A DNA stretch of 63,145 nucleotides, filler included, from Hausera hauseri (lineage: Eukaryota): the NCBI GenBank assembly GCA_046269625.1. It is 12 parts of 12 records of this genome, joined end to end, with 100 filler letters (N's around TTAATTAATTAA, not from the genome) between each part and the next. Parts side by side here need not be neighbours in the genome. Positions count along the whole stretch, not along the records: positions 36,735 to 41,291 come from JBJURY010529012.1; positions 41,392 to 48,229 come from JBJURY010060218.1; positions 48,330 to 53,536 come from JBJURY010306832.1; 9 more parts are not named here. One strand, 5' to 3'. The position numbers and the translations under genes are program-made. The notes beneath the pieces were generated by a model. That model saw only the letters and a program-made list of their open reading frames with translations. It did not search any database and was not told the origin of the DNA. Below, piece after piece: positions 37,070 through 51,279 of this stretch. How positions within the stretch are numbered: the stretch's first letter is position 1; each line of letters starts with the position of its first letter.

Positions 37070-40000
37070 TTACTGAGAAATAAACGTGTGATAAGTCAAA
37101 CGCAAATGTCCGTACGCCCAACTCTTATTTCGCCCCACCCACTTTCGCTTGTCATAGTTGCATGACAAAGCAACCTTTTTATTTGTGATGGTATACAGCT
37201 GGTGCTCAATCGATCGTGTGGTCGCTTGAGACACAACAGCCTTTTCTCCGTTTTCTCCGTCTTCTTGTCCATCATAGACATGGCGATAATCAACGTGACT
37301 TATTTCCGTCTCTTTCAGCTGGATGCCTTTTTCCCACATTTTTGGCCCACAGTCCGTCAGCAGACTGTAACACTTTGGGCGCAAAAATATCCATTCCATG
37401 TATTGGATCCGGCCTTCGCTTTCTTCCTTGAAGCAGCCGATTTTGTTTGTTATCTCGCTGCTGTACATCGGATGATCCGACAAATAGTTGGACGTGTCCA
37501 GTAGTCCATCTGCCATCATTTGTCGGAGCAGCTGGTCCCGATCGATGTTTTTCAGCTTCAAGAAAAAGCTGTCTGTGTCACCGACAACGATACTGATCTC
37601 ACAGCCGCCGCCAAACATTTGTCGGTAGCGTGCCAAGTCGCGATATTGGAGCTCGTACATTTGCAACTTGCTCAGGTCCAATATCACTTGTCCGACGTAG
37701 CTTGGCCGTTCCAGTACTACTTCTTCCCTGTTGAGAAGCACTGCAACTAACCCGTCGGTAATGTGCATTGACCGCCTGAACTGAGCCTTGCTTGTGTACG
37801 TAACCAGCCGCTTTTCGTTGTTGCACAGGCGCACATTGAGCCGCTTCTTCAGATTTTCCACTATTTTCCCGTACAGTGAATTGTTTTTGAGCTTGTCATA
37901 GTCCTTTTTGAACTTTGTACAAGCTGCGGCTCGTTTCACGAAATTTTAATCGACGTACGCCTTGAATATTGGCGCCTGATTGAAGCGGATTGCACGATGC
38001 AGCTGTGTGACACGTATGCCAAGCTGCATGTAAAACTGCAGCAGACTCCAATAAACCACGTAATTCCATTTGGGTTCATGCGTCATGAGCAGTTTCTTTA
38101 CTTTTGTTGAGCCGCCGGGTGGACATTGGCTAATTGGCGCGACCGGCAGTTCATCCAGAGCGTCATGCAACTCATCTGGTACCACGAGATCGACCTCCAT
38201 CAAGTAGCCGACTGAGCTGCTTTCTGTCGTATTTGCTGCTGGAAGACTGTCCAGCAATGTATCCAGTTCTTGTTTGTCCATTATCCATTCAAATGAACCA
38301 TACGGCAAGGGTTGCGAAAGCGCCCAGCCGTACAAGTTATTAATATCGATGTACAACATTGACGTTGTGTCATCGTCATCACTGGTTACGTGATGCTTGT
38401 TTACAAATGTCATGCCATCGCGAATACCAACATCAAACAGCCGGTACATTTTCGGTCTTGCAATAGCTCGATATCCCGATCCAGTGACATCATAACTGAC
38501 GCCCACTCATTCCGGGTATTGAGTAAAAGTTGAGTGGCTCCAGCCTATCTTCTGCCAACGCTTTAGCTCGAAATGTCTGAAACACATCGGCTAACAGGTA
38601 CACGTCCAATTTCAGTACTGAAGCATGTAGTCCAACAGGTTTCTGCAGCCGAGCTCTGCCCAAAACGACTGTGCTTTGTGATATTCTTCTTCTTCTGTGA
38701 TATCGGGCCATTGAGGTGGTAATTCGTCTGTCGGGTGGAGCCGCTCGTACGATATCGCAAAGTCAAATGGGAAAATGCCCTTGCTGCGTGCAATATGCGC
38801 GAGGAACTGTGTCAGTGTTAGCGGCACATCCGGCAAGGCATTTACCAGCTTTGCTACAGACTCATTGAGGAACTCTAGTGAGTCAATAAATCGCACCTGG
38901 AACCGGTTTATGCGTGCCGACAGCGACAGGTATTTCTCCATCGTTGTTGGGATTATGGACAGTTCCCAGTATGGAAATCCATTAATGGCCCATTTCAGAA
39001 TAATGTGATAGTCATAACCCCTGAAGTTATGAAATATCACCGGCAGGAATGGCTGCACCCTTCTTGGCAAATTGCATGAATTGCATGCTACTCCCAAGTA
39101 TCGACCAGTGAAATGATCGTGATCCGGTACAAGCCGTGCCTGTGCATCGAACGGCAATAGTTTGTGGCACAGGTAACATTCGTCAGTGGCAGCGAAAAGC
39201 AGCGTTTCATATTCGTCTGCCCAGACCAAGGGTTTAGTGCTATTATTCCGATACCACGGCGCAATTTCCGTTTCCACTATAGTCTCAAACTGATGTAGGA
39301 AATCACGCACACAATTCCATCCGCCGAAAACGTAGTATTGCGGTTGTCTGTCGGCTTTAATAGGCACAACCAGCATGCTGACGGCGATTGAAACATGCTT
39401 CTGGTCATACACGTTGTGGTGTGGTAGAATTACTTCGATATCGGCATATACGACGTATGCCGGACTGTCTGTTTTTGACCAGTCACTGAATCTTAGACCT
39501 TTTTTGACGGATATGACGTACATTGTTGTTCCTAAGCAATGTTGTCTACATAGCGCCACATGCTTTTCCGATGTAGTTTCTGACCTGAATCCGTGTACTC
39601 ATACAGGACACCATTTACATTGTATTCGTTTTTTGATGAACTGGTCATGTGCCATGTTCAGCAGTCTGTCTAGATTTGTCACTGCAGCGTAATGGAACTT
39701 TTCTTTCTGCTCCAACAATAACAAACATATTGGCTGTCCATTCAGGTTTCGACTGCGGTAGATTATATCCACATGTAGATTTTTGTATATCTCTTCATCT
39801 GCCGGTATTTCAATTATTATGTTGTACCGGAACACGTTGGTTGCCACTGTCGGATTACGCCGTTCAAATGTTGCAATTGTTTTTAGTTTCATCGGCATCC
39901 AGCTTTCATCGAAATCAAGTTCAGAAAAATACTGCCGATACTGACTTGGACAATTTTCATGTTGCCTAGACACTTCGTTATATTTTAGTACTGCTAGAAT

Positions 40001-40995
40001 ACTGTATAGAAAACAGTATTCATCGTCAGTATTTTTCACATTCACTATCGCACGTGAGTGTTTCAGAGCCTCAGGTGTCGGTAAGAATGAACGTCCGGAC
40101 ATGTAAATTATGTCACTCGACTTTGTTGTAATAAAGCCGAGAGTGACAATTTGGATTATTCGTCATCCACTGCCTTTTTCCGTATAGCTGATGATTTTTT
40201 CGTCCAGCTTTTCGCCTCCGTCGCCAATAAAATCCTCTGAATAGGGCACAGCTCGATGTGAGAGGTACCACTGTTTCCTGTCACCTTGCACGTTTTCAAA
40301 TTCTGCAAGTGCATAATACTGCACTCTGCAGTGTTTGAATTTCTGCACTTCAGCTTCCAGTCGGTTTCCCACACTGGACAGGACATGACTCAATTGCATT
40401 TTTGTGTTTGTGGACATGTCCACTTTCATGTCTACGTACAATCTGTGTAGATTGTACTTGACAGTAATGTGTGGTTCCTCTTCCTCCTCCTGCAGTTCCT
40501 GCTGTTGCTGCTGATGCTTTGCGCGAATTCATCAAGGCTTGTGGATGCTTAACGCTTCCTTGTTGTTGTTGTTGTTTCTCTTTGTTGCGTCCATAAGTAT
40601 TTGTTTTTCGACTGCTTAAACTGGTTCAAGTGGTTTTTGTGCTGATTATAGAATTGTTCATAGTTGATTTGATTATCATCAACTATAGGACAACCGGGAC
40701 AAACATAGGCCCGTTTACCGTGCAGCGTTATGGTTGTGCCATAGTATTGCTTCATTACAGTATGGCAACCAGCAACGTTATGCACTCCACTAGTACAATA
40801 ACATGGGTATGTGGGGCAATGCGTAAGCATCATCTTCTTGGACCGCGTACGGGGTACAGGCACTGCGTTAAAGTATTGCACGTGGGACATAGATATGTGT
40901 TTGCCCCAATAATGTAATACTTCGCCATATGTTGATGGCACTGCTCCTGATCTACGTGTACGCGTGATACGCAATACACGGGATAATGTTAGCAT
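37070..40995 (-). pseudogene. Decayed near-complete pPolB, family B (close paralogue of 10200-14022)
   Basis: VVYADIE, CYLC..DHDHFTGRYLGVACNSCNL, YIDINNLYGWALSQPLP, KLKNNSLYGK, GDTDS, LRPKCYS, DKR..SWAYGH; long collinear nucleotide similarity to contig 3. Confidence 0.95.
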
Positions 40996-41391
40996 TCATG
41001 AATGCGAAAACAAATTAAAGTAAGCGTAAAATGCAATATATATGTATATGAATTATTAATATTTTACATTAAAATAAAACACTAATTCTATGGTTGGATG
41101 GNNNNNNNNNNNNNNNNNNNNNNNNNNNNNNNNNNNNNNNNNNNNNNNNNNNNNNNNNNNNNNNNNNNNNNNNNNNNNNNNNNNNNNNNNNNNNNNNNNN
41201 NNNNNNNNNNNNNNNNNNNNNNNNNNNNNNNNNNNNNNNNNNNNNNNNNNNNNNNNNNNNTATAAGGAAGGTTATGGCCCGGCCCCTCAATNNNNNNNNN
41301 NNNNNNNNNNNNNNNNNNNNNNNNNNNNNNNNNNNTTAATTAATTAANNNNNNNNNNNNNNNNNNNNNNNNNNNNNNNNNNNNNNNNNNNN

Positions 41392-42450
41392 GTCTGATTT
41401 TGCCTTCCTGCTGCATTAATTTGTATAATGTATTCTGTCTGAGGTTTTAATGTGTTACATTCTACTTGCCGTGTATTCTGTATAAGTTTTACGTTTTGTC
41501 TGTCATATAAGGTTCGACAGTTTATTTCTACATCGTAGTTTAATCGTTTCTCAACAAAGAACACTTTTTATACGGATGAATCGAATATCTGATAGGTATG
41601 TCTTCGATTTTTACTTTAGATATATTGGTCATTGTAACAATTCGGGCGGTTGACCTTCTCATCGGGGTTTTCGTTGGAATTTCCCAAATTCTATTTTCTG
41701 GGTGGTAGATTCGTAGTTGTGTGCCTGGTTGATTAAGCCGTATCTCGCATAAGTCAAATCTTATTTTAAATTCTTAATTCACGGGTATTTTACAACATGG
41801 ATGTGGTACACCTGCACGAATGGAACAGTATTCTATTTTTGGAGTTGGTCCTATTACTGCCTCAAACACGATACTGATTTCGCGACTGACGGTTAGTTCC
41901 GTCCGAGTGTTTACTTGAATACATTGTCTTTTCTTATTCACATAGATTTCCTGGATATTTTCGTTTAGCAGTCTTATGTCTGGGTCAGTGGGTCGCAATA
42001 TTTCTTTTAGTTTTACTTCGTGATGCCCATTCCAATCAGGAATGATTAGTTGAAACTGTGGTTTTACTTCATAAAATTTAGATAATTTCGGTAGATACAG
42101 ATAATAGGTCAGATTATAAGTACGTCCGGGATCTATGTCGCAATTCTTTGTTTCTTTTGATACTACATCTTCTAAGACAATTTGGATCCTTCCAGAATTC
42201 CGATGTGGTTTCCGTGTTTTAAATCCAACGCATGTCGAGTTGGGTGAGTAATAGTGGATCCTTATTGCTTGTAGTCGTCTTACATCCTCTTGTTCTTGAT
42301 TTTCTTCGACCATTGATTTCTTTTCCGTTTCACTTTTTCGAACTCCATAACTGTTGTTCCACCATTTAGCTTGTGTTCTTGGAATCTAGGAGGCAATTAG
42401 CGATAGTGCTAAAATTATTTGGATATACGATATTGGTCTATTGATTATGG
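41392..42450 (-). pseudogene. Signal-peptide-like segment plus FN3-like/beta-rich region in frame with integrase (env-position ORF)
   Basis: IQIILALSLIAS*IPRTQA-KWW continues in the integrase frame into ORF 41774-42313; motifs DIDPGRTYNLT and LKPQTEYIIQINA resemble the FN3 LxPxTxY strand. Confidence 0.5.
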
Positions 42451-45400
42451 AGGATGTCTTCGTTTTCTTTTTATCTTGATGCGAGCTAGATCGCAAATTG
42501 TAACGTCTTTCTGGCTTTATTTCTGTTTTAACAACTCTTTGAATAGATACTACCTCTTCTTTGCCATTTTTATTAATGTACACCGTAGTTGGTGTGGTTC
42601 GAATAACTTCATAAGGTCCTCGTCCGGTACGGGTAAGTTTTAATGAGGTACCTTTCTTTGCGACTGGGTAGTGTACGTAGACCCAGTTTCCTTTTTCTAA
42701 ATCGTGAGGTTTGGCCTTTTTATCGTATTGCTTCTTAAACTGTTCTTGGTACTCAAGAGTGAGCGTCTTGGCTATATCCCAACATTTTTGTAATCTGGTT
42801 TGTAAAACTTCTGCGAAATTGGGTTCTAAATCTTCTGGACTTGCATGATACGGAGTCATCCCTAAGTCCGTAGGCAAAATCGCTTCACGTCCATACATCA
42901 TGAAGAATGGTGTAAATCCTGTAGCGGGATGTGGGGTTGTGTTAATAGCAAATTGCGTTCCTTCTAAAAATTCGTCCCAGTCCTTCTGATCCTTTGCTAC
43001 TACGGTTGATAAAACTCGTATAACTGTTGCGTTCATACGTTCGACCATTCCATTACACTGGGGGTGGTAAGCGGTAGTGGTTAGTCGTTCAATTTCAAAG
43101 ATTTTAGAAATTTTGTCAAATAATTCGCTTGTAAAATTTCTTCCTCTATCGGTCAATATTTGATCGGGTGGTCCATATCTGCAGATGATTTTCCTTACTA
43201 CTGTGTCTTCTAGTGTTTCCGCCTTTTGATCGATTAGTGCGATTAATTTCAGTGTGTTAGACGATCTACGCATGTCAAAATATATTTGTTATTTTTGAGT
43301 TGTAGGTAAAGGTCCTACTATATCCAAAGACATGGCTTGCATAAGTCTGACTGGTACGTTGATAGGTTTTAATTCTGCTATATAGTTTTTTACTTTTCTT
43401 TGTTTCGTTGCACAGACTTCACAAGCGTCCACCCAATTTTTTAGATCGATATATACGCTTGGCCAGTAATACTTATTTAATATCCTTTCTAATGTTTTCT
43501 TCCACGACATATGTCCAGCTAAATGCGAATCGTGTTCAGCCATTAATACATCCGTTCGTAATCCCTTGGGAATAACTACCAGTTTCCGCCCCTTTCGTTC
43601 GTAATATAGAATATTATCTTGATTCGATGCATAGTATTTATGCCCGTGTCTTTGTAAGTGTTTCTTAGCTGACGTCCTTTTGGCATTTCATCTTGCTCGG
43701 CGAATTTAACTATTTGTTGGATGACTTTATCGTTAGCTTGTTCTGAAGAAATTTTAATTGTCTTATTCAATGTTAAAGTCTGTTGTCGTTCTACTAATTC
43801 TTCGAGCTGGTCTTTCTTCATAGTCGTAATTGAACTTGTCTGTTTTAAGTCTTGATAAAGCATCTGTGTCAATATGTTTGCTTCCAGGTATATATTGAAA
43901 TTCGGTGTTATATCGGGAGATTTCCTCAATCCACTGATTTAATCTACATGTCGAGTTATTGGCCCGTCCTTTTAACGTTGTAACAGCTTTGTGATTGGTA
44001 ACCATAATAATTTTTTATCCGTAGACAGACATTGAAATGTCTCAAGGCTTCTTTTACGGCTAGTGTCTCTAATTCAGTGACTGAATAGTTTTTCTCAGCT
44101 TTCTTAAGCGATCGTCCTCCGTATGCAATTGGATGCTCCAATTCTTCGTCTTCTCGTTTTTGATCTAATTCGTAACCAATTCCTTCCTTACTTGCGTCTG
44201 TCTTAATTATAAATGGTAAATTGAAATCCGTGCATCTTAACACTGGTTCACTGGTTAAAATTTTCTTCATTTCGTCGAATGCTTTCTGTTCAACATCGGC
44301 CCATTTCCATTTGATGCCTTTTTTCAATAGCCGATATAACAATGCATATATTTTCGAATTGTCTGGTACGTAGGTGGCATAATATCCGCATAAGCCTAAC
44401 CAATGTCTTAATTCTTTCTAATGTTGGGGTTCCATGCAGTCTGATACTTTGTTTAATAAGGATTTATCTGGTTTTGATCCTCCTTCTCGAACTATATGTC
44501 TCAAATAAAATACAGCATTTTGTGCCCATTTACATTTCTTTGGTTTCAGTTTTAATCCTACCTGTTCCAACCTCATAAGAGTATCTTTGATGTCCTTTAG
44601 GTGTTCTTCTTCTGTTCTTGACGCTATCATTACATCGTCTAAATACGCAAACGCATGATCTAGTCCCATAAGCATCTTGTTCATCATTCTAGTAAAAATA
44701 GCTAGGCCGGTTGTTATACCAAAGGGCACGACGGTAAATTCATAAACTCCATCGTGCGTTTTAAATTCTGTCTTATAACGATCATCTTCTTCGATTTCCA
44801 CTTGCCAATATACGGATTGTAAATCCAGTGTGGTAAACAATTTTGCTGTTGATAATCTGTCTAGAGCTTCCTTTACTGATGGTAGTGGAAATGAATCCTT
44901 CATCATCAGTGTATTTAGGGCTCGGTAATCTATACAGAATCGATGTTTTGCAGTACCTTTTTTCTTGACCATGAGTATTGGTGAGTACCAAGATCTGTAG
45001 CTTGGTCGCATTATGTCGGCCTTTAACTTACGTTCTACTTCTTTTGTTATTTCTGGCCTTAACGAATGCGGCGGTGGGTACCATTTTGGTATCTTTCGCT
45101 CTTCCAAATCAGTTTCATCATTGGAGCCAGGTTTCTTTTTTAGTGGAATGGTTAGTCTTAAGGTTTTCGCTGTGCCTATGTCTTCTTCATTTTGGGCAAT
45201 AATTGACTTATATTTGCATAGTAGTTCGTAAAATTGACAATATGCTTCTGGTGAAAACTTTGTTTCGACATGAGGTGGAAATTCAGCATATTTATATGGT
45301 TTCTCTTCGATTGTTATTGCTGACACTTTATAAGTATAACCCAATGTAGTATTGGCATACAACTTTACGGAAGTTGGTACGTTATTTACTAGTGTGGCTG

Positions 45401-46000
45401 GCACTTTTTCTGGCGTTACTGTTGTCAAAATGTTACTAAGTATGATATTTGGATTGACGTCTTCTTGTGGTTCAAAATACACTGGTTGGTCGTCTTCTTC
45501 GCGAATCTGAGCATAAATTAGCATTTCAGTTCTAGGTGGAATATGTTCATCGACAGGAATCCACACTTCTTCCTGTTTTTTTTCTTTCATTGTCTTAATT
45601 CCTTTTACTGGTCCGAGTTCGATTAGTTTTCCAGTTTGTAAATTTATTGCTATATTGGGTAATTGCTTTAGTATATCGCAACCTAATACTACATCGTCGG
45701 TTAGTTGGTCCATTATGGCAAACTCGTATTGGATAATCTGACCAATTAATTGAACTAGGGGACTTTGGTTTTTATTCTTGTCCGAAGGCTCCTATGCTGC
45801 CTGGATCTGATGATGATACTGGCTGCAGCTGTTTTCGTAATGTCGGCGGTATCGATTCTAACTTTATAAATGATTTCTCTGATCCGATGTCTATTAGGGC
45901 ATAGACTTCTCAGTCTTCTATGATAACATTTGTGAAAGGCCTTCCTTCCATGACTGACTCATAACAGCTCGACACGTCCTTTGGCCGCTTAATCAAAGAA
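42386..46000 (-). mobile_element. Decayed Ty3/gypsy pol (protease, RT, RNase H, integrase) of a family distinct from G1
   Basis: VYALIDIGS, RFCIDYRALN, YLDDVMI, IKTDAS, ELETLAV, HHCC (H..GH..CEVC), TDRGRNF, AYHPQCNGMVER, GPY. Confidence 0.93.
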
Positions 46001-46589
46001 ATTCTATATCCGTTTATTGTTATCTCTGGTGATAACTTCTCGGTCAGCTGTTTCAGTTCTTCGTTGGGGTATAAATCGTTAACTGCCATGTTATTTGTGT
46101 TGGTTCTAATTAACGTTTCTTTTACTATTAGATTTTGGAATGACTTCACGCCTTGTGTTCCCCAGACTGTCGATCTGGTCTCTATATTGCGAGCTATCCT
46201 CGGCGAGTACAGTATCCTATGCTCATCTTCTGCTCGTCTTTGATTAGTGATCTGCATTTTTTAATACTCCGCATTGTTTTGTTCCTTTATAAGGATCTTC
46301 ATAGTTAAAAGGTTTCTGACAGAATGCTGATCTATATGACACTATAGATGTTTTGTCGCAATCCTCGTATATTGAAGCCATTGGCGGCATTATGGGCAAG
46401 GGTGTCTTGGTTACGGAATACATTTTGTGTCTATTTGGTCCAAGGATTACTTCTCCTCCCTTAGGCTCATCATTATCTGAATTATTTCTTCGCGTCATTG
46501 GTTTCTTAACCTTGCGTTTCAGTCGAAATATGGGTCTTGCTCATCGTTTGTAGTTATAATAACCGACGTGAAGTTCGACGTCATTCTCC

Positions 46590-48229
46590 CATCGATTTTC
46601 TTCATAAGATTTAAACATTTTGCCGAATGGAGTGATAATTGCGGTTAAGATTTTGCAGGAAAACCCTGTTAATGTAAATATTTTTTACCCATTTATAACC
46701 GCTTGAATTACCGCTTTTACTAGTTGTACTACGAAATAGATTGCTAAAACCCCTTATGCAGCTTGTCCAAAAATTAAAAATCTTCCCCATATTTTGTAGA
46801 ATATGTCTGTGGTTACCCGTTGGTAATGGTTCGCACCAAGTAAGGATTCCCATTTAGCCTGATATCGAGTATCATCAACTACTGATGCCATAGCCCGGTT
46901 TAATTCGTGTGTCCGCTGTCGTAGAAAGGCAAGAAATTATCAGAAAGCTTCAATCTCTTTTGGCCTATAAATACCCTTTTGGGATGCATCCTGAAATTTG
47001 TCATCCGTGATTTCTCTTGCCCAATTCGTTCCAGTTACTTTTTAAGGAATGATAGTGACACCTGCATTTGGTAAGCTAACCCAATCTGTTTCGCTACGCC
47101 TAAACATTGGTTCACCCAGACTTGCCTTACAATCATTTAAAATGGTTGGTTGTGTTGCATTATCAAGCAACACTCTAGTGAGAAGCATGGCTAGACGTGG
47201 AGTATTCTGGTAAATTACAGGAAGCTCCTGTATTCATCGTTTCTCTTCGACATTGATTGGTATATCTTTTTTTTACATTCATATGTCAGTAGAACCTCGA
47301 CAGTAACTCGGCCAAAAATTCCTTCACTCATGGGAAGGATCGGTGAGGCTAACTCAGGATTCGCATAAATAAGGGCTAATTTTGTCATAATAATTTCCGT
47401 GTCTAACTTGCAGTCATTAGTTATCATTTTTTGGTATAGTTCGGCTATTCCGACTTGTCCTTTATAATAAAAATAATCGTCTCGGTTTTTCAGATAGACT
47501 TCTATTTGGATGTCTTGCGTTTCCAAGTTGTATGTTTTTGCGTTTATCTCCGTTTCTGCGACGAAGAACGCTCCGTAGTTAGTGGTGAACATTACTAAGT
47601 CGCAGTGTGAAATCATTTCCTTTTTTATGAATTTCAGTCCGTGTTGATCAGAGATTAGTATCGTAGGTGTATGATGTTCGGATACGTCTTTACGTGCTCT
47701 CGAACTGATGTCGGATTTATTTATGTATCGTTTTCCGGTAGTTTCATTAAATTTTAGTTTTTTGATCTTAATAAAATTACAAGCCTTTCCGGTGGGCGGT
47801 TCCCATATGACTACAGAACTTCTGAAGGCACAGGTTCAGTCTTGCATGTGACATTTTTGATTCTCAGTATATAGCTTAGTGACACTATGGTACATTACTT
47901 TTTGGACTCGCATCTCCGATTCGTAAAAGTTTACTACTACTACGTTTGCTTCCAATCCTTTTCCGATATCGTATTCCGTTCCACTACAATGCCCGTCATG
48001 CATATCCAGCCTTCCGGCAACGATCTTATATGCTCTGATTATTTTTCCGGGGTGCATTTCTAATTCCATGCTATTCCATTTCAGTCTTCCGGTTTCTCGA
48101 GCTTGTTTGCAATGTTGTCTTTCCAAATTCATTGGAATTGGAAGGGTTGTTAGTTTAATTATCGAGGAGTGTCCGTGCATTAACCCACAGTGAAAAATAC
48201 TACGAGATCGTCTCAACATACATTCCATG
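46590..48229 (-). pseudogene. Chuvirus-like / herpes gB-type (class III) envelope glycoprotein, decayed, upstream of pol
   Basis: Cys pattern HCG..HSS..C, G.C.G, VVIWE..C, LYQKMITNDC, G..GRV..EVL..EC, GIY, and membrane region WGRFLIFGQAA.GVLAIYFVVQLVKAVI typical of chuviral and retroelement glycoproteins. Confidence 0.75.
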
Positions 48230-48329
48230 NNNNNNNNNNNNNNNNNNNNNNNNNNNNNNNNNNNNNNNNNNNNTTAATTAATTAANNNNNNNNNNNNNNN
48301 NNNNNNNNNNNNNNNNNNNNNNNNNNNNN

Positions 48330-50703
48330 TACTTCGAAGTATTCTGCCTCGCATTATGCTGCTGGATCTGGTGCAGCAGCTGCGAAACATCTTAGAGAAT
48401 TGAAACGCGCAACCGCATCATACGCAACAGGCCCATAAGGTGCATCAGACCCATCGGGCGCAGCGGCTCCATCAAAGAGTAAAAGACAGCGGCCAGTTAA
48501 TGCTGCAGCATTAAAGAGAAAATGCCGCAGATATGTTATTGATGCAACTGACCAAACAACCATCAAGGAGTTTCTGGAATATACAAAGAAAGAAACAGAG
48601 GGAATTCTCCAGGACAACATAGCTGAGCTCAAGGCCCTTAAGGTTAATATGAAATTGGAGGCCACATACATCAATGATGATGCCGAAGAATCCAATAGAT
48701 CCTTCAAGACCAAAAATAGGCCCATATTGTAAAACACCAATATAGCAGAATGGCTGCATAAAGAGCATGCGAAGCTGATCCGTGAAGCTGAGGAGGGTCA
48801 GGATAAGAAGAGCGGATGGACTCTGGCAACCATCAAGAGATTGCTCGTGTATGTTCACAAGTACTCTCCCATGCAGGGTAGTTCATATATTCAGCTCCTT
48901 GGTTTAATCGCTAATAAAAAAGCATGCATCAATGTTCTTAATGATGACAACAAGTGTTTCATGTATGCCATTTTATGAAAACTGGTATGGGATCAAAAAC
49001 ATGCAGCAGATTGAGTTTGGCTATATAATGATCTAAAGCACAACTATGAATTCCAATGTATTAAGTTTTCGCCATTCATAGATGAAGTAAAGAAGTTTAG
49101 TCGAATCAACAATATATCCATCAACATCATTGGATTGGATGATTAGGACAATTTCTATCCCCTGTAGATATGCGATACTGAATTGGAAGATCATAGGGAT
49201 CTGCTCCTACTAGACGATGGAGAGAAGAAACATTATATTTGGATCAAGAACTTTGAGCGTCTAGTCAGATCCCAAATTACGAAACACACAACAAGAATTG
49301 AAATATGCAAACGATGCTTTTCCCATTTCAGTGGTGATGCAGCAGTGGACAGGTTTGCAGAGCACAAGATATACTGCAACAACAATTACTTTGTAAGGCC
49401 AGAATTTTCCAAGGAAGACTATATTTAATTCAAGGAGTTCGAGAAGAAGATCAAGGTCCCAATAGTTATCTATTGCGACTTTGAAGCTATTCTTCGGCAA
49501 ATTTACAGCTGCAGTCCCAATCCCCAACATAGCAGCACAACGGAATACCAATACCATGAACTCTGATCGTATTGTATGTATGTCAAAGGACTGGACAGTG
49601 AACCATTTCTATTCAGGGGTTCAGGTTCAGCAGAAAATCTCATGAAACGACTTGAAAATATGGCTCATAAGCTTGAAAACATGCTTCATAAGCATAAAGA
49701 TACAATGAGCATGTTGTGGAAACAAGCAGAAGAATGGCGCAAGGCAACATCATGTTACTTCTGCGACAAGTCCTTCACCAAGGAAAATCATAAAGTCAAG
49801 GATCATTGCCATTTTACAGGTGCATATCGAGGGGCAGCATGCAACAACTGTAATCTTCGCTGCAAAACATTTACATATGTGCCTGTAGTGTTTCGCAACC
49901 TCAGTGGCTATGATTCCCACTTCATTGTTCGGGAACTGGGCAGCATTGAAGGAAACATTGATGTGATTCCCAACAGTGAGGAAAAATACATCACCTTTAC
50001 CAAGCATGTGGGCAAAATCAGGCTTCGCTTCATAGACAGCTTTCGTTTCATGTCGTCTTCACTGGACAGTTTAGTGAAGAATCTCCCTGCAGAAGAACTC
50101 AAGAAGACAAAGCGATTCTTCTCCACTACCTTTGACCTAGTTAAAAGGAAAGGTGTGTTTTCCTATGACTATATAGCCTCATGGGAAACACTTGATGAGA
50201 CCTCATTGCCGGACAAGAAGGACTTTTACAATATCCTCTCTGATTGCGATACCAGTGATGCTGACTACCAGCATGCCCAGAATGTCTGGCATGCATTCCA
50301 ATGCCGAACAATAGGGGAATACAGCGACATATACATCAAGACGGACGTGCTGCTGCTGACAGATGTCTTTGAGAGCTTCAGGGATGTTACAATAAAGAGT
50401 CATACATTGGATCCGGCGCCTTTCTTTACAGTTCCAGGGATGAGCTGGGTAGCAATGCTGAAATATAATGTTATTAAGCTAAAGATCATTAAGGATTATG
50501 ACATGATCCTTATGATCGAGAGAGACATTAGAGACAGAATATGTCAGGCCATTCACCAGTACAGCAAGGCATATAACAAGTATATGGACGAATACGCCTC
50601 ATCCAAGGAATCCTCATATATATCATACCTGGATGCCAACAACTTGTATGGATGGGCAATGAGCGTCCCATTGCCATATGATAACTTCAAATGGGTCGAG
50701 AAT
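48330..50703 (+). pseudogene. Decayed pPolB family A, N-terminal two-thirds, truncated after motif A
   Basis: SGW..GSSYI..KKACINV..KCF, IYCDFEA, KVKDHCHFTGAYRGAACNNCNL, RFIDSFRFM, YIKTDVLLLTDVFE, YLDANNLYGWAMS. Confidence 0.95.
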
Positions 50704-50724
50704 AACTGTGTATTAACAAAACAA

Positions 50725-51006
50725 TCACAACACTTGTATAACATCTTTAATGACAGTATCATCATTACTGTCTTTATCATCGTCCGAATGAATTATCGCT
50801 GGCAGCACCAATACGATGTATATCACCTGCCCATAGTCATCTTGGACAACGGCATGATAACATTCTGTCCTACAAATTGAACAAGTATTGTTGTATCGCA
50901 TTCAAGTTTTGAGGCAATCAATGCAGAATATATGATCTTTACATGTTGCTAATCTTACATTGAAACGGTTCCCATCCTCTAGACAAATAGGGCATGCACT
51001 GTTCAT
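50725..51006 (-). pseudogene. Small C3HC4 RING-finger (E3 ligase-like) ORF with one in-frame TGA; absent from the ORF track
   Basis: Manual translation MNSACPICLEDGNRFNVRLATCKDHIFCIDCLKT*MRYNNTCSICRTEC...VIQVL*; the TGA sits at the conserved RING Trp. Confidence 0.8.
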
Positions 51007-51279
51007 TTTTGAAAATAATGACAGTAATACAAGCTTTGGTTTTATTCATAAGTATATTGGCGTATTGTATTGATTTATTGAATAATTACCAATATATGTC
51101 ATAAATGATCTTATCTTGTATTTTACCTAAATTGTCCATATATTACCCAATCCATATTACCAGCATATTACATAGTGGATTAACCATATTTCATATATGC
51201 CGCCTGTATTTCATACCCAATACATTCTATATATTTCCTATTTCACATACATGCTCCCCATGTATTACCTGCATATTAC

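Noticed and set aside
39040-39190. HNH/EndoVII-like motif inside pPolB as a novelty
   Set aside because: A known feature of this group of Polinton/adintovirus pPolBs; also present in family A.
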